From positions 166,532,001 through 166,596,000 of the forward strand of contig CM075977.1 of NCBI GenBank assembly GCA_038087875.1: a DNA stretch of 64,000 nucleotides, read 5' to 3'. Numbering within the stretch: the stretch's first letter is position 1; each line of letters starts with the position of its first letter. The translations under genes and the position numbers were made by a program. Below the pieces are notes generated by a model that did not search any database, was not told the DNA's origin, and saw nothing but the letters and a program-made list of their open reading frames with translations. This DNA is from Malacoraja senta. Taxonomy: Eukaryota. Below are positions 26,533 to 39,194 of this stretch, one piece after another.

Positions 26533-26655
26533 TTGCAAAGAATGGGATTTTGCAAAGGAATGGGATTTTAAGCACATCACCAGCAGTCCTGAGTACCCCC
26601 AATTGATCAGGCTGGCTGAGCGAGCTGTCCACAGTGCAAAGGAGCTCATGGATCT
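26533..26655 (+). mobile_element. Gypsy integrase core fragment
   Basis: FAKEWDFKHITSSPEYPQLIRLAERAVHSAKELM, matching the SSPxYPQSNGxAER integrase motif. Confidence 0.75.
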
Positions 26656-27871
26656 GACGTGTCCGACGTGTTTTTGGATCTTCTCAATCTCCGCAACATT
26701 CCACATGATCACACACTCGGTTGGCTGGTTTTGCTGCTTTGTCGACCTGATCCAAAATCCATGTCAGGTTTCCACACTATCACCCAGTGACATGCGGGCA
26801 CCCATGTTAGTTAGTTCAACTTACGACTCCGAGCCTACAGTACTCATTTCGATGGTCTCTATGTATTCTAATTAAAGTACTTGTTATGATATATAATGAC
26901 TCTGCATCAATAGTACTTTGCACACACATTGCCACTCAGTTTTGTGTCATCTGCAAATTTGCTATTGTTACTTTTAATTCCATCATACTCGCTAGAATTT
27001 AGGAGATTGAGAGGGGATCTTATAGAAATGTACAAAATTCTTATGGGGTTGGACAGGCTAGATGCAGGAAGATTGTTCCCGATGTTGGGGAAGTCCAGGA
27101 CAAGGGGTCACAGCTTAAGGATAAGGGGGAAATCCTTTAAGACCGAGATGAGGAAAAACTTTTTCACACAGAGAGTGGTGAATCTCTGGAACTCTCTGCC
27201 ACAGAGGGTAGTTGAGGCCAGTTCATTGGCTATATTTAAGAGGGAGTTAGATGTGGCCCTTGTGGCTAAAGGGATCAGGGGGTATGGAGAGAAGGCAGGT
27301 ACGGGATACTGAGTTGGATGATCATTTTACTTCGGAGTCACGTGAGTGACTACGTGAAGAACCCCGCCAGTGCGCCTGCGCGTCATTACGTCAGACGCCT
27401 TGATGCAAACGGACGTGAGGAGCAGGGCTCCTACAGTGGTTTGTAGTTTTTCAACTACAAGGTAAGTAAAAACTTTTTTCAGGTTTTCCAGGTCCGTTTA
27501 CTGTGGGTCTATGGGGATTTTTTCCACAGACGCCATGGAAAAAACGGACAGGGGGAAGAGGCGAGCGACACAGCCGACAGAAAGTCGGGAAAGTCGGGAG
27601 TCCGCGGTTAGAGACCAACCGCCTCTAAACCCCGGTACAGTCGCCAGCTGTGAGCATAGCGACTGTGGACCTGGGGCTGGTGAAAACACAGTCAGCGCCT
27701 GTCGGGCAAAAGACAAAGTTTAAATCCCAACAGCCCACGAAGGGAGTCCCAGGCAATGGAAGTAGCTCCAGGGCTAGATACTGCTTTCAAGCGTATTGCC
27801 CAAATAGAAAGCCTTTTACACAGAGAAAGCCTTTTTCATAGGCTGTTGGAGCAAAGTTCACTCAGGAAGGA

Positions 27872-28640
27872 GTGTACTGTAATCCAAGCTGCAGGAGCAG
27901 CTTAACAGCACCTGGTTCAGGGCTGATGGAATGCACCCTCAGGAATGAGGAGCATGCTACGGGTCATGAGATTTCAGACCCCGACTCTGACGGTGAGGCT
28001 GTACAAGGCGATGAACGGCAGCTGCCAGATGTTCCACCCCTGGCAGTAGGATTCGCTGCCCCGTCAGGGTCAGGAGAGCCATTAGGAGAAGAACTGGCCT
28101 CCTTAATAAATTACTTGGTTTACCATTAGCTGGAACAGCAGGAGATGGATGAGACGGCAAGAAGGCAGGAGACCCCAAGTAACTGTGGGTTGCTAAAAGC
28201 AGCAGCAGTGAACCAAATTATCTGGAATCAGTTGCAGAGAATATTAAAGCTGCTGGGTTCTGGAAAAACAGCAAGCACTGGGGTTCCTATGCAGCACCCA
28301 CTTCGAGATCAATTATCTGAGGAAAGTGCTATACGGCCTACTATGAATCCGAAATTCGCAGCACTCTGCAAACCAAGTAATATACAATTACCCAACTTAC
28401 TCTTTGGAGAGGATCTTGGGAGACGTATTAAAGAGTTGGAAGATGAAGCGAAAACAGGATTGATAAATACATCAATGGTTGCAAAGTCTGTAAAGAGGAA
28501 GTATCCTTTCAGACGTCATACGGATCCTAGACCAGGACCAAGTCGCTCATCAACGCAGGGACGTAGCTGGCGGCCTGCAGCGGGAGTAAGGACCAGTGGT
28601 GGTGCTTCTGGGAGAATCCAGGGATCTCAGAATACTCAAA
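27872..28640 (+). pseudogene. DIRS gag-like ORF remnant
   Basis: TPSNCGLLKAAAVNQIIW, IRPTMNPKFAALCK, LLFGEDLGRRIKEL. Confidence 0.7.
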
Positions 28641-30405
28641 TGACTCGAGAGGTAGGTGGACCTGGTTCTCAGGGGAACATACTAACTGGATTAAGTCCAA
28701 AAGTTGGAGGCAGATTACGTCTCTTCTATAAACATTGGAAGAAGGTTACTTCAGATGTGGTAATTCTGAATAATATACAAGGATTTCAAATTGAATTCAA
28801 TCCAAATTATGATTTGCCTGTCCAGCATGTTCCTAGCAGAACTCTCCACTTTGCGAAGTAATGGAGGTTCAAGTTGCACTTCAAAACCCTATATATAAAA
28901 GGTGTTATTAAAGAATCAGTCTACAAAATTCACCAATTTGGGTCAAATATATTCCCTCGATCAAAAAAGGATGGAGGATGTAGGATTATTATAGACTTGA
29001 CAAGTCTGAATCCTTTTGTTCAGTGTCTGTTCACTTGCAAGATATGAAGTATTTTAAATTTACATGGATGAACCAATTAGGGCAGTTCAAAGCTCTGCCT
29101 AAAGGGTTAACGTTCCCTCCCAGAATATTCATAAAAATCAATTCTGGGGTTGCTGAGAGCCAGGGGCATGTACTAATGGCATACCTGGATGATGTCCTGA
29201 TTATAAGGACAAAACAGTCAACAGAAGCATCTGTTGCAGTAATAAAATCAAACTTTTGAAAGTTTGGGGGTTTCTAAATTCATCCAAAGAAATCAAGGTT
29301 AAAAACATGTACCTCGATTAATTATTTGGGGTTCACAATTGATTTAGCCCAAATGCAAATTACTTTGCCCAGTGAAAAAAGGGTGGAGTTGATTAAAGAT
29401 TGCAGTAATCTGTTAAACGAGCAAAAACCTCTAATCAGACAGGTGGCTCGAGTACTGGGAAAATTAGTAGATTCCCAGCAGTCCAGTATGGACCATTACA
29501 TTATCAACAGCTGCAGAGAATTAAAGAACAGGCACTGAGAGTAAATGCTGGTCATTTTGATAGAACCATGCAAGTAACAACAAATGCTGTTTCTAAGCTG
29601 CAGTGGTGGATTCTACATGTCTCAAGCAGTTCAGGCAAAGTGCTGATTGAACAACCTTCCATGATATTACAAACTGATGCCAGTGCACTAGGATGAGGTG
29701 CAACTGACTTAACATGGAGCTGCAGAGGCAGATGGAATCAGGAAAAGTTAGTGTTACTGCAGACATGGGGAATTCCCTATTTGGAGCTTTTAGGAGGTTT
29801 CTATGGACTCCAAGCTTATGGTTCTAACACAACTAAAAGGAAGGTTCAAGTTCAAATTAATAAACACAACAGTAGTTGCCTATATTAATGATATGGGTGG
29901 AATTAAGTCGGTGTCATGTGACAAAATGGTTAAATCAACTTGGGTCTTGGTGTATTGAAAAGAACATTTGGATTTCAGCTATCTATCTACCAGGTAGAAT
30001 GAACACGATAGCAGACACCAGGTCACGAAAAGTTCCATGATAATAAAGAATGTATGTTGAATCAAGAGGTATTCAATGATATAGTAATCAGATTTGGAAT
30101 GACCGACATCGACTTGAATCATCAGCTATCGAGATATGTCTCATGGAAACCAGATCCAGGAGCAGTGGCGATTGATGCTTTCTCGCTACATTGGGGTGGT
30201 ATGTTTTCATATATATTTCCACCTTTCTGCCTCATAAGCCAATGTTTGCTTAAAATCAGGCAAGATGCTGCTTCAAGGGTATTGGTAGTACCAGATTGGC
30301 CTATACAGCCATGGTATCTGTTGATATTAGAATTAACAACACAAATGTTGATGAAAGTCCCAAAAAGGAGTAATTTATTGCTGCACCCTGTAACAGGGTA
30401 ACAAC
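28640..30405 (+). pseudogene. DIRS RT / RNase H / methyltransferase-like remnant
   Basis: VGGRLRLFYKHW; KKDGGCRIIIDL; AYLDDVL; LQTDASALG*GA; DAFSLHW...FPPF...VVPDWP. Confidence 0.88.
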
Positions 30406-30449
30406 ATCCATTATATCATCGTTTGGATTTGTTGATTTGCAGGTTTTAA

Positions 30450-31415
30450 GAATGCCTTTTCTGGGACGAGGACTGTCTGAGCATACTGTGGACATGCTTA
30501 CGGCAGCCGGGAGGAAGAGCACTCAAAAACAGTACCTTTCTTATATTAAGAAATGGGAAGAGTTCTGTGTACAAAAGAATGTGCAATAAAGTACTGCAGA
30601 TATTTCAAATGTTTAGAATTTCTGTCAAAACTTTATTATGATGAAGGTCTGAGTTGTAGTGCAATTAATTCAGCCAGAAGTGCATTGTCCTCATATTTGG
30701 TTCTGGATTCAGAAAGAAACTCAATTGGGTCACACCCAATTGTTTCCAGACTAATGAAAGGAATCTTTAATTCCAAACCACCGAAACCTAGGTACGTGAT
30801 AATCTGGGATGTAAGTGTGGTACTGAAACTACTTCGTGAATGGTCATCAAGTGTGTCTTTACCTTTGGTCAAGCTCAGTATGAAGGTATTCATGCTTATG
30901 GCATGAGTGACAGCACAACGAGTGCAAACACTTGGAAAATTACAAATAGACAGTATGGAAGTAACTGAAGACAAGGTTACATTCTATATCTATGACCTAC
31001 TAAAGTAAATTAGGCCAGGTGTAACAGGATTTAAAATTATGCTAGCAGCATATCCAAATGATCCATGTCTCTGTATTAAGACATATTTATTACAATACAT
31101 TGAGGTCACAAAGAATTTGAGAATACGGAAACTGGGTTGTTGATCACACACAAGAAACCACACAAGAGAGTTTCAATACAGACTATTTCCAGATGGATAA
31201 AAGAAGTCTTAACAGCTGCTGGTATTAACACTTATGTTTTTACGTCTCACTCGACTAGGGCAGCAGAAACGTCGGTGGCCAGGGCAAAAGACGTCCCCGT
31301 CGATCATATCCTCGCAGCCGCCGGGTGGTCCAATGAGTTGATGTTTCAATATTTTTACCATCGGCCTATTGTTAATGCGGGGTTGTTTGCAGAAACTATT
31401 TTAAGTTCTGTGTAA
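30450..31415 (+). pseudogene. DIRS tyrosine recombinase remnant
   Basis: INSARSALS; TAQRVQTL; TISRWIK; SHSTRAAETS; AAGWS; FYHRP (R-HxxR-W-Y pattern); stops and frameshifts. Confidence 0.9.
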
Positions 31416-33036
31416 ATTCCTCTGGTTTAAAGGGGATCTGATTCATTTCATTATTGAAATGAATTACTGCATTTGTGGTACAAATGTTATTATGAATGCA
31501 TGATTGATTATTCTCGTTCCGAGTCAATCTATGCAGTGAGAAGCCAGGATTGATCCACGGCATGAAATCACAAAGCTTTAAAATCTTCACGTAGTCACTC
31601 ACGTGACTCCGAAGTAAAATAGTAAGATTAAACGAGAACTTACATAAGTTTGAAGTTTGATCTTTATTTTATGAGTTACGTAGGTGATTACGTGCCCACC
31701 ACGACCCTACCCTCTATCATAAAGGTCAGATGGAAGTTCTTGTATTACTCGTTTTATTATGAGACTATATTACTTCGGTTGTTGTTTTTTGTGATTTCAC
31801 ACCGCTGCTTTGAAGATTGACGCGCAGGCGCACTGGCGGGGTTCTTCACGTAATCACCTACGTAACTCCTCATAAAATAAAGATCAAACTTCAAACTTAG
31901 GTAAGTTCTCATTTAATCTTACTAGCCATGATCATATTGAATGGCGGTGCAGGCTCGAAGGGCCGAATGGCCTACTCCTGCACCTATTTTCTATGTATCT
32001 ATGTATCTATGTATCATCTAAATCATTAATATATATTGTAAATAGTTGTGGCCCCAGCACCGAGCCTTGTGGCACGTCACTCGCCACAGCTTGCCATTCA
32101 GATAGGGACCCGTTTATTCCTACTCTTTGTTTCCTGTCTGCCTACCAATTCTCTATCCATGTCAATACCCTACCCCTAATATGATGTGCTCTAATTTTGC
32201 CTATTAATCTCCTGTGTGGGACCTTATCAAAGACTTTCTGAAAGTCCAGATACACTACATCTACTGCTCTCCTCCATTTTACTTGTCACATCCTCAAAAC
32301 ATTCCAGAAGATTAGTCAAGCAGGATTTCCCCTTCATAAATCCATGCTGACTTGGACAAATCCTTTTACTGCTATCCAAATGCACCATTATTACTTCTTT
32401 AATAATTGACTCCAGCATCTTTCCCACCAGCGATGTCAGGCTAACTGGTCTATAATTCCCCGTTTTCTCTCTCTCGCTCCTTTCTTGAAAAGTGGCATAA
32501 CATTAGCTACCCTCCAATCCACAGGAACTGATCCTGAATCTATACAACATTGGAAAATGATCACTAATGCGTCCACAATTTCTAGAGTCATCTCCTTGAG
32601 TACCCTGGGATGCAAACCATTAGGCCCTGGGGATTTATCAGCCTTCAGTCCCATCAGTCTACCCAATACTATTTCTCACCTAATGCATATTTCTTTCAGT
32701 TCAGTCTCCCTAGATCCTCTGTCCTCTAGTACATCTGGGAGATTTTTTGTGTCTTCCTTAGTGAAGACAGAACCAAAGTACCTGTTCAACTCTTCTGCCA
32801 TTTCCTTGTTCGCCATAATAATTTCACCTGTTTCTGCCTTCAAGGGAGCCACATTTGTCTTTACTAATCTTTTTCTCATAACATGCCTAAAGAAGCTTTT
32901 ACCATCCTTCTTTGTTTTCTTGGCGAGCTTACCTTCGTACTTCATCTTTTCACCCCATATTGCCCTTTTTGTTACCTTCTGATGTCCTTTGAAATTTTCC
33001 CAATCCTCTGGCTTCCCGCTACTCTTTGCTATGTTA

Positions 33037-33673
33037 ATACTTTGACTTAGACTTAGTTCCCCCACACTGTTGAGTGCATTGGGCAACAAGCTTTCGCCAT
33101 TCTGTTCGGTTATGTGCGACGTCTTCCACCCTCGATAGGTTAGCGTTTCGGGTTTCCAAATCCTTCTGGAATGTTAGCCTCCATGTGAGTTTTGGTCGGC
33201 CTCTGTTCCTTCTTCCGTCAGGTTGCCATGTCATTGTTATCTTAGGTGTACGTTCTGGTGACATTCTGAGTACATGTCCTGTAAATTTCATCCTGCATAC
33301 GTCTATGTCCTGGCTGAGAGGTTTTGTTGCAGTTTCCCCAGTAGATCTCCTCATTTGTGATGTGGTCTCTGTCTTCAGGATCTTCCTCAAGCAGTGTTGT
33401 TGGAATGCATCCAATTTATTTTTCATCTTCACATTGATTTTCCATGTCTCACTGGCATAGAGGGCTGTTGGAAGGACTACAGACTGGAAGAGCTTGACTT
33501 TTAGCATCTTGGATATCCCAGCACTAGACCATACTGGCTGCATTCTTCTGAAGACTGATGCAGCTTTACCAATTCAGGAGTTGATGTCGACCTCTACATC
33601 TCCATCTACTGTGAACATGCTGCCACGATAGGTAAATATTGTGGCATTTTCCACAAGATAGGTAAATCTTGTG
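33037..33673 (-). mobile_element. RTE-clade LINE 3' fragment, 9-bp TSD
   Basis: VLPTALYASETW, GRRNRGRPKLTW; (CTAAGT)n tail; TSD gctatgtta at 33028-33036 and 33674-33682. Confidence 0.9.
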
Positions 33674-34467
33674 GCTATGTTATACAACGTTTCTTTTAGT
33701 TTTATACCATCCCTAACTTCCCTTGTCAGCCACGGTTGCCTCTTGCTCCCCTTAGAATCTATATTCCTCTTTGGAATGAAATGATCCTGCATCTTCCCGG
33801 ATTATGCCCAGATATTCCTGCCATTGCTGTTCCACCGTCATTCCTGTTAGGATCCTTTTCCAGTCGACCTTTGCCAGCTCCTCTCTCATGCCTTCATAGT
33901 CCCCTTTGTTCAACTGCAACACTGACATTTCTGATTTAACCTTCTCCCTCACAAATTGCAGATTAAAACATCATATTATGGTCACTACCTCCTAGCGGTT
34001 CCTTTACCTTGAGTTCCCTTAAGGTTCATTAGACACTAAATCCAGAATTGCCTTCTCTCTGGTGGCTCTAAGAATCCATCTCGGAGGCATTCTACAAACT
34101 CCCCTTCTTGGGGTCCAGAACCAATCTGATTTTCCCAGACTACCTGCATATTGAAATCTTCCATAACCACAGTGGCATTACCTTTGTTACATGCAAATTT
34201 TGACTCCTGCTGCAACTTGCACCCTATATCCAGGCTACTGTTTGGAGGCCTGTAGATAACTCCCATAAGTGTCTTCTTACCTTTACAATTTCTCAATTCT
34301 ATCCACAGGGACTCTACATCGTCAGACTCTATGTCACCCCTCGCAAGGGACTGAATTTCATCCCTCACCAATAGCTACCTCACCTCTGGCCATTCTTAGT
34401 CAAAATAGATTAGGCAACAACCCTGGACTTGGCATTCCCATGAATACTAAATTGATTGCCTTTTAAA

Positions 34468-34760
34468 GTCATAGAGTCATACAGCATGGAAACATGTCCT
34501 TCGGCCCAACTTGGTCACACCGACCATCTACACTAGTCCCATCTGCCTGCATTTGGGCCATATCCCTTCAAACTTATCCTATCCATGTACCTGTCTAAAT
34601 GTTTCCTAAATGTTGCGATAGTACCTGCCTCAACTACCTCCCCTGGCAGTTTGTTCATACACCCACCACCCTTTGTGTGCCCCTCGGGTAACTATTAAAT
34701 CTTACCCCCCTCACCTTAAAGCTATGTCCTCTGGTTCCTAATTCCCCTTCTCTGGGCAAG
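34468..34760 (-). mobile_element. CR1 3' end running into an assembly gap
   Basis: gtcatagagtcatacagcatggaaac tail and CR1 3' ORF sequence. Confidence 0.85.
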
Positions 34761-34960
34761 NNNNNNNNNNNNNNNNNNNNNNNNNNNNNNNNNNNNNNNN
34801 NNNNNNNNNNNNNNNNNNNNNNNNNNNNNNNNNNNNNNNNNNNNNNNNNNNNNNNNNNNNNNNNNNNNNNNNNNNNNNNNNNNNNNNNNNNNNNNNNNNN
34901 NNNNNNNNNNNNNNNNNNNNNNNNNNNNNNNNNNNNNNNNNNNNNNNNNNNNNNNNNNNN
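34761..34960. other. Assembly gap (200 N)
   Basis: N run. Confidence 1.
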
Positions 34961-35234
34961 AAGTTAATCTCAGGGCGAAAAGGGGTGTGCTATGAATGAT
35001 GCACTGAGACTTGTGACTGTCTATCTTTTAGTGAAGAACAGTTTGGCTTGAAGCCATAAAGAAGGCTCAAATGTAGAAAACGATTTGGAATAGGACAAGA
35101 AACAAGCATAAAGTACTTAACTGGAGGAGGGATAATTTCAGTGTGTTGAAAGGGAATCTTCCAGTTGAATTGGAATAAAAATAAATAGGTAAAACAACTT
35201 GCAGGTCTCTGGTTGCGATATTTGAATCATTGTT

Positions 35235-36560
35235 ATATTGGTGAGGTGCCAGAAGACTGGAGTGTGGCTAACATTGTGCCTCTAGTTGAGAGGGGCTGCA
35301 AAGAAAACCCCAGAATCAAAGACCAGTAAGGCTGACATCTGTGGTAGGAAAGTTGCTGGAGAGGATTCAGATGGATATACATGCATTTGGAAAGACTGGA
35401 TTTATTATGGATTGTTAGCATAGTTTTATGTGGGAGATTGGATCTCATGAATTTGGTTTGAAATATTTCAAAGTAGTAACCAAGAAGATTGATGATGGAA
35501 GGATGGTGGACATTGTCCATATGGACTTCAGAAAGGCCTTTGATTATGGTTCAATTCAATGGGTCAATGGTACTTTATTGTCACTGTCACCGAGGTACAG
35601 TGAAATTATTTTTTGCATAAAGTTCAGTAAATGTATTACTATTCATAAGCACAATCTTAGATTAAGTACAAGTGTAAAGGAATACTACACGGAAAAATAT
35701 ACAAGAGTCGCCAGATTTTGGCGCCATTTTCAAGTCCAAGATATTATAAGTGCAGAGTTCTTAAACCAGACCCCAAAAGCCCCCTGTGCTGATGGCGTTC
35801 CAGGGTCGGCCTGGCCAAACAAAGTCTTTGGTTTTTTCCATTGCTCGTTCAACTGCTCTGTGCCGCTGCAGATCGCATCTGGTCCGCACACTCAGTCTCT
35901 TGGAACAGCGCCTGATCCAGCTTGAGCCGCAGGGTACTGGAGGGCCTCCATTGGCCCATTCTACCGTCGCCCCGATCCAGATCTAACATCAGCCAGCGAA
36001 CCGTTGTCCCTTGCCTAACCCGGCCACCATTTAGTCTTTGTCCCCCCGGGTCTCCTCTTGCAGCTGACCTTGTAGCATCCAGAGCGCTTTGAAGATGAGG
36101 GAGGCAAAACCCCAGTTCCGCTTACCATCCCTTTGATCCTTGCGTCTGCTGCTGCCATCTTGAATCTCTTCACCCTCCTCCATGGCCCTCAGGGATGTGC
36201 AGGGCAGGGCTCGGCGGCTTGCCTCTTGGGCAATGGCTTTCCCGGCTCCACGGTGGGCTAGCTAGGCCGGCTACCATGGGAGATGCATGGCACCATGGTC
36301 TGCCATGCGGTTCGGCATGGTAGGCTGTTCTGGAAGATTAGATGGCATGGGATTCAGATATAGTTAGCTACCTGAATACAGAAATGGCATTATGGTAGAA
36401 AGCAGTGGGTAGTAGTGGAAGGTTGCTTTTTCGGAATGGTGGTCTGTGATGAGCAGTGTGACTCAGGTACTGGTGCTCGGCCCATTGCTGTTTGTTATCT
36501 ATATCAATGATTTGTATGGGAATGTACAAAACATGAGAATCTTTGAATACTTTTAAGGCT
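35235..36560 (+). mobile_element. CR1 RT fragment interrupted at ~35550-36310
   Basis: EVPEDWSVANIVPL; VDIVHMDFRKAFD; resumes ggcatggtaggctg...LGPLLFVIYINDL. Confidence 0.8.
35550..36310 (-). mobile_element. Unclassified non-coding retroposon (CpG-rich body, AATAAA plus short-repeat tail)
   Basis: Inserted in CR1; minus-strand end gacaataaagtaccattgacccattgaattgaacc. Confidence 0.55.
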
Positions 36561-37079
36561 GGGGTAGATAGATTCCTGTTCAGAAAGTGGGTGAATTATT
36601 ACCAAGCGAAATTAGGACTTTTTTTTAATTGCACGGCTTGCATTTGTTTTGCATTATTATGATCTAGTTCTCTAGTATTACTGATTATTAATTGATTGTA
36701 TTATTAATTATTAGATTTTTATTTGTTGTGATATTGTTTTAATTAGTTTGTTAAGTTGCAGCAAGTAAGGTTTCATTGTTTGCTTCTGTTGCACATTACA
36801 ATTAAACACTCTTGAAATATTGAAATTAGGATACCATTAAATTAGCTATTGAATGGTGGAGGGGCCTGAGGTGCAAACTCAGGTGCAAACTAAGTTGTGC
36901 ATTCATGTATTCACATGCATTAAAAACCAAGGCTATATAGTTCAACATCTTTACCCGTAAAGGTCCATTGGAACTTGGTGCCAGTTAGGATATGGACAGG
37001 AGTGTTTTGTACATGCAGTTTATGGAAGTGGGAGATGAGAACCCAGCCAGACAGCACACTTAATTATCAGAGATATCAG

Positions 37080-37390
37080 CTCAGGTCAGCTGGAGCCTTT
37101 CCCCTCTAATTCAGAATATCTGCCTTCAACTTCCTCCCCAGGCCCTGCATTGACAATCAATAGATAGCTGTGCAGTGTTCGGAGAGAAACTTTCCGTGAG
37201 ATAATATGTGAAACCATGTTCCAGTTGCTTACACTAGAATTAAAATGCCATAACAGTGAACAGTAGCCAGGAAGTCCTCTGGTGCCCAGGGCAACATTCT
37301 TTCATCAGTTGACATTAAGAAGCTAAACAGAGTAACTGATTATCCATCTTCTTGCTGTGAGAGGGACCAACCTCTATGCAAAATATTTGT
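37080..37390 (+). mobile_element. Ancient DeuSINE-like SINE
   Basis: gtcctctggtgcccagggcaacattct...ttgctgtgagaggga...tgcaaaat resembles the Deu-domain consensus; highly diverged. Confidence 0.45.
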
Positions 37391-38129
37391 GGTGTCAATG
37401 TGGAGTGATTTCATGGAGGAAGTCGAGTTTTTCTAAGATAGTGGAAAAAGGGAATGGATTTTCGACTCGAGCGCAGTCATTAAAACCTATGGACCATTCG
37501 CCTGTGGTGAAAACCAACCCTTTTATGGAGTCACAAAGGGAAAATTATTCAACCATGGGTTACAGAAGAAATTAATCCAAGGAATAGTTTATTAAGTTGA
37601 CGGAAAATATAGTCAGCCTGAGAGTATTCAAAACACAGTGGAAGCAGAGATCCAGAGAATGTAAAAATAACAGGTACATAGATGTAGAGGGCTTAAACTC
37701 AGCAGGAAAAGAAAACCCGAAAGATTTGAGAACAGGGGAATAGTCTGGAGAACTATGATTGTGTAAGGGCATGTTCAGTATAAAATGAAGCTCGTGCAAT
37801 TAATAGTCTATAATTAATGTAAATAAATTGTAGGAGCTTAGTAATGCTCCTGCTATGTGTGTGGGAAATCAGGAACATTTCCACCCTACTTGCTGACTTA
37901 GGTATACAGGAAATATATCCTGAGCGTCAAAGGCTTCAGGCCATTCAGGACAAGAATTGGGCAGTTGGAGGAAAGGCTCTATTAATGTTTTTTAATATTA
38001 TGATTAATTATATTAATGATTAATGTCTCCATTATGATCCTCATGCAATAGTGATGATGATCCAGTTCAGGAAACCAGGGTATAGAAGCCATTTGGAAAA
38101 AATAGGAAATTATAAACATAAAAGTACTT

Positions 38130-38600
38130 GTGGGAATAATGTACAACCACATGATAGGTTGAAGAATAAAGGACAAATTACTGGGAGTTTGACACATAGG
38201 TACAGTGATCTTCAGAGAGAATCTTAACCTACATGCAGACTAGGAATACTTACATGGGCAAAGGTAACGTGGATGAAGAGTTTATAGAATATTGTTGGAC
38301 AGCCTATTCTAAAGCCAAGCAGTGAGTGGATCAAATTATGCAACAAGATAAAATAATAACTTCCCAGGTGAAGGCACCAAGGTTTCCATGATAATACTAT
38401 GATAGAATTTTACTTTCAGTTTAAGGGAGAGGGAATGGGCTCCAAATCTGGTATTAAAATGGTATGAAAGCAATTATCAGGAACGAAGGCAGAACAGGCC
38501 ACTATAAACTGGCAAATTTATTTGATAGGTTAGTCAACAGCAGATATTTGAAAGGATCTTTCATAATACACAGACTGGATACATTCTAATTCGCCGTCTT
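38130..38600 (+). mobile_element. Very old CR1 endonuclease fragment
   Basis: Decayed GIMYNH and GD-like gatcttaacctacatgcagactag segments. Confidence 0.5.
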
Positions 38601-38689
38601 TTACTAACAAAATTAAAGGTAGTACTAGACGAATCAAATGCATGTGATTGTGCAAAGGCAGGTGGGGGGTAGAATGCAGAAAATATCAA

Positions 38690-39170
38690 CTGGCTGGAAT
38701 GTTTGCAGACATCTTCATCCTCTCACTACAATGGTCTATGGTTCTGGCCTACTTTAAAAGAAAATCCATAATACCATCGCCCAAGAAGAGCAAGGTGATC
38801 AGACAACCTTGACATCCATTGTGATGAAGCACTTCTAAAGGTTGGTCATAATGCAAATTAACTCATATCTCAGTAATGATCTGGCTCTCTTCATTTTGCC
38901 TACCACCACAATAGATCGACAGTAAATATGACTTTACTGGCTCTCCATTCTGTGTTGGACAACAGGAACACATATGGCATGCAGTTGTTCATCAACTACA
39001 GTTTGGCCTTCAACATCAGCATTCCTTGCAAACCCATTGTCAAACTCAGGGAAATCCCAACTGATCCTTGACTATCTCAATTAGTACCGATTGGCACAGC
39101 ACCTCCCCTCACTGACCCATCAACACAGTGCACCTCATGGCAGCATGCGCAGACCCAAGTTCTACTCAAT
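38690..39170 (+). mobile_element. Old Rex1/Babar RT fragment
   Basis: Collinear with 24150-24660 (cccaagaagagcaaggtga, gcctaccaccacaatagatcgac). Confidence 0.8.
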
Positions 39171-39194
39171 AACCAGAAAGTGTACAGACAATGC

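Larger units (their letters stand above)
27325..31924 (+). mobile_element. DIRS1-like tyrosine-recombinase retrotransposon, complete termini, decayed ORFs
   Basis: Left ITR 27325-27385, ICR 31584-31694, right ITR plus extension 31818-31924; gag, RT, RNase H, MT-like and YR remnants in the expected order. Confidence 0.95.
26985..32011 (+). mobile_element. Young CR1 3' fragment interrupted by DIRS (pieces 26985-27324 and 31925-32011)
   Basis: YSLEFRRLRGDLIE...; the 3'UTR ggatgatca|gccatgatcatattg rejoins across DIRS; tctatgta tail. Confidence 0.9.
26929..34385 (-). mobile_element. CR1 LINE (EN+RT) split by nested insertions into 26929-26984, 32012-33036 and 33674-34385
   Basis: GVIYRPPN, DKSPGPNGLHPRVLKE, QHGFMKGKSCLTNL; the RT frame continues across the 26985-32011 insert to SKFADDTKL. 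Confidence 0.88.
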
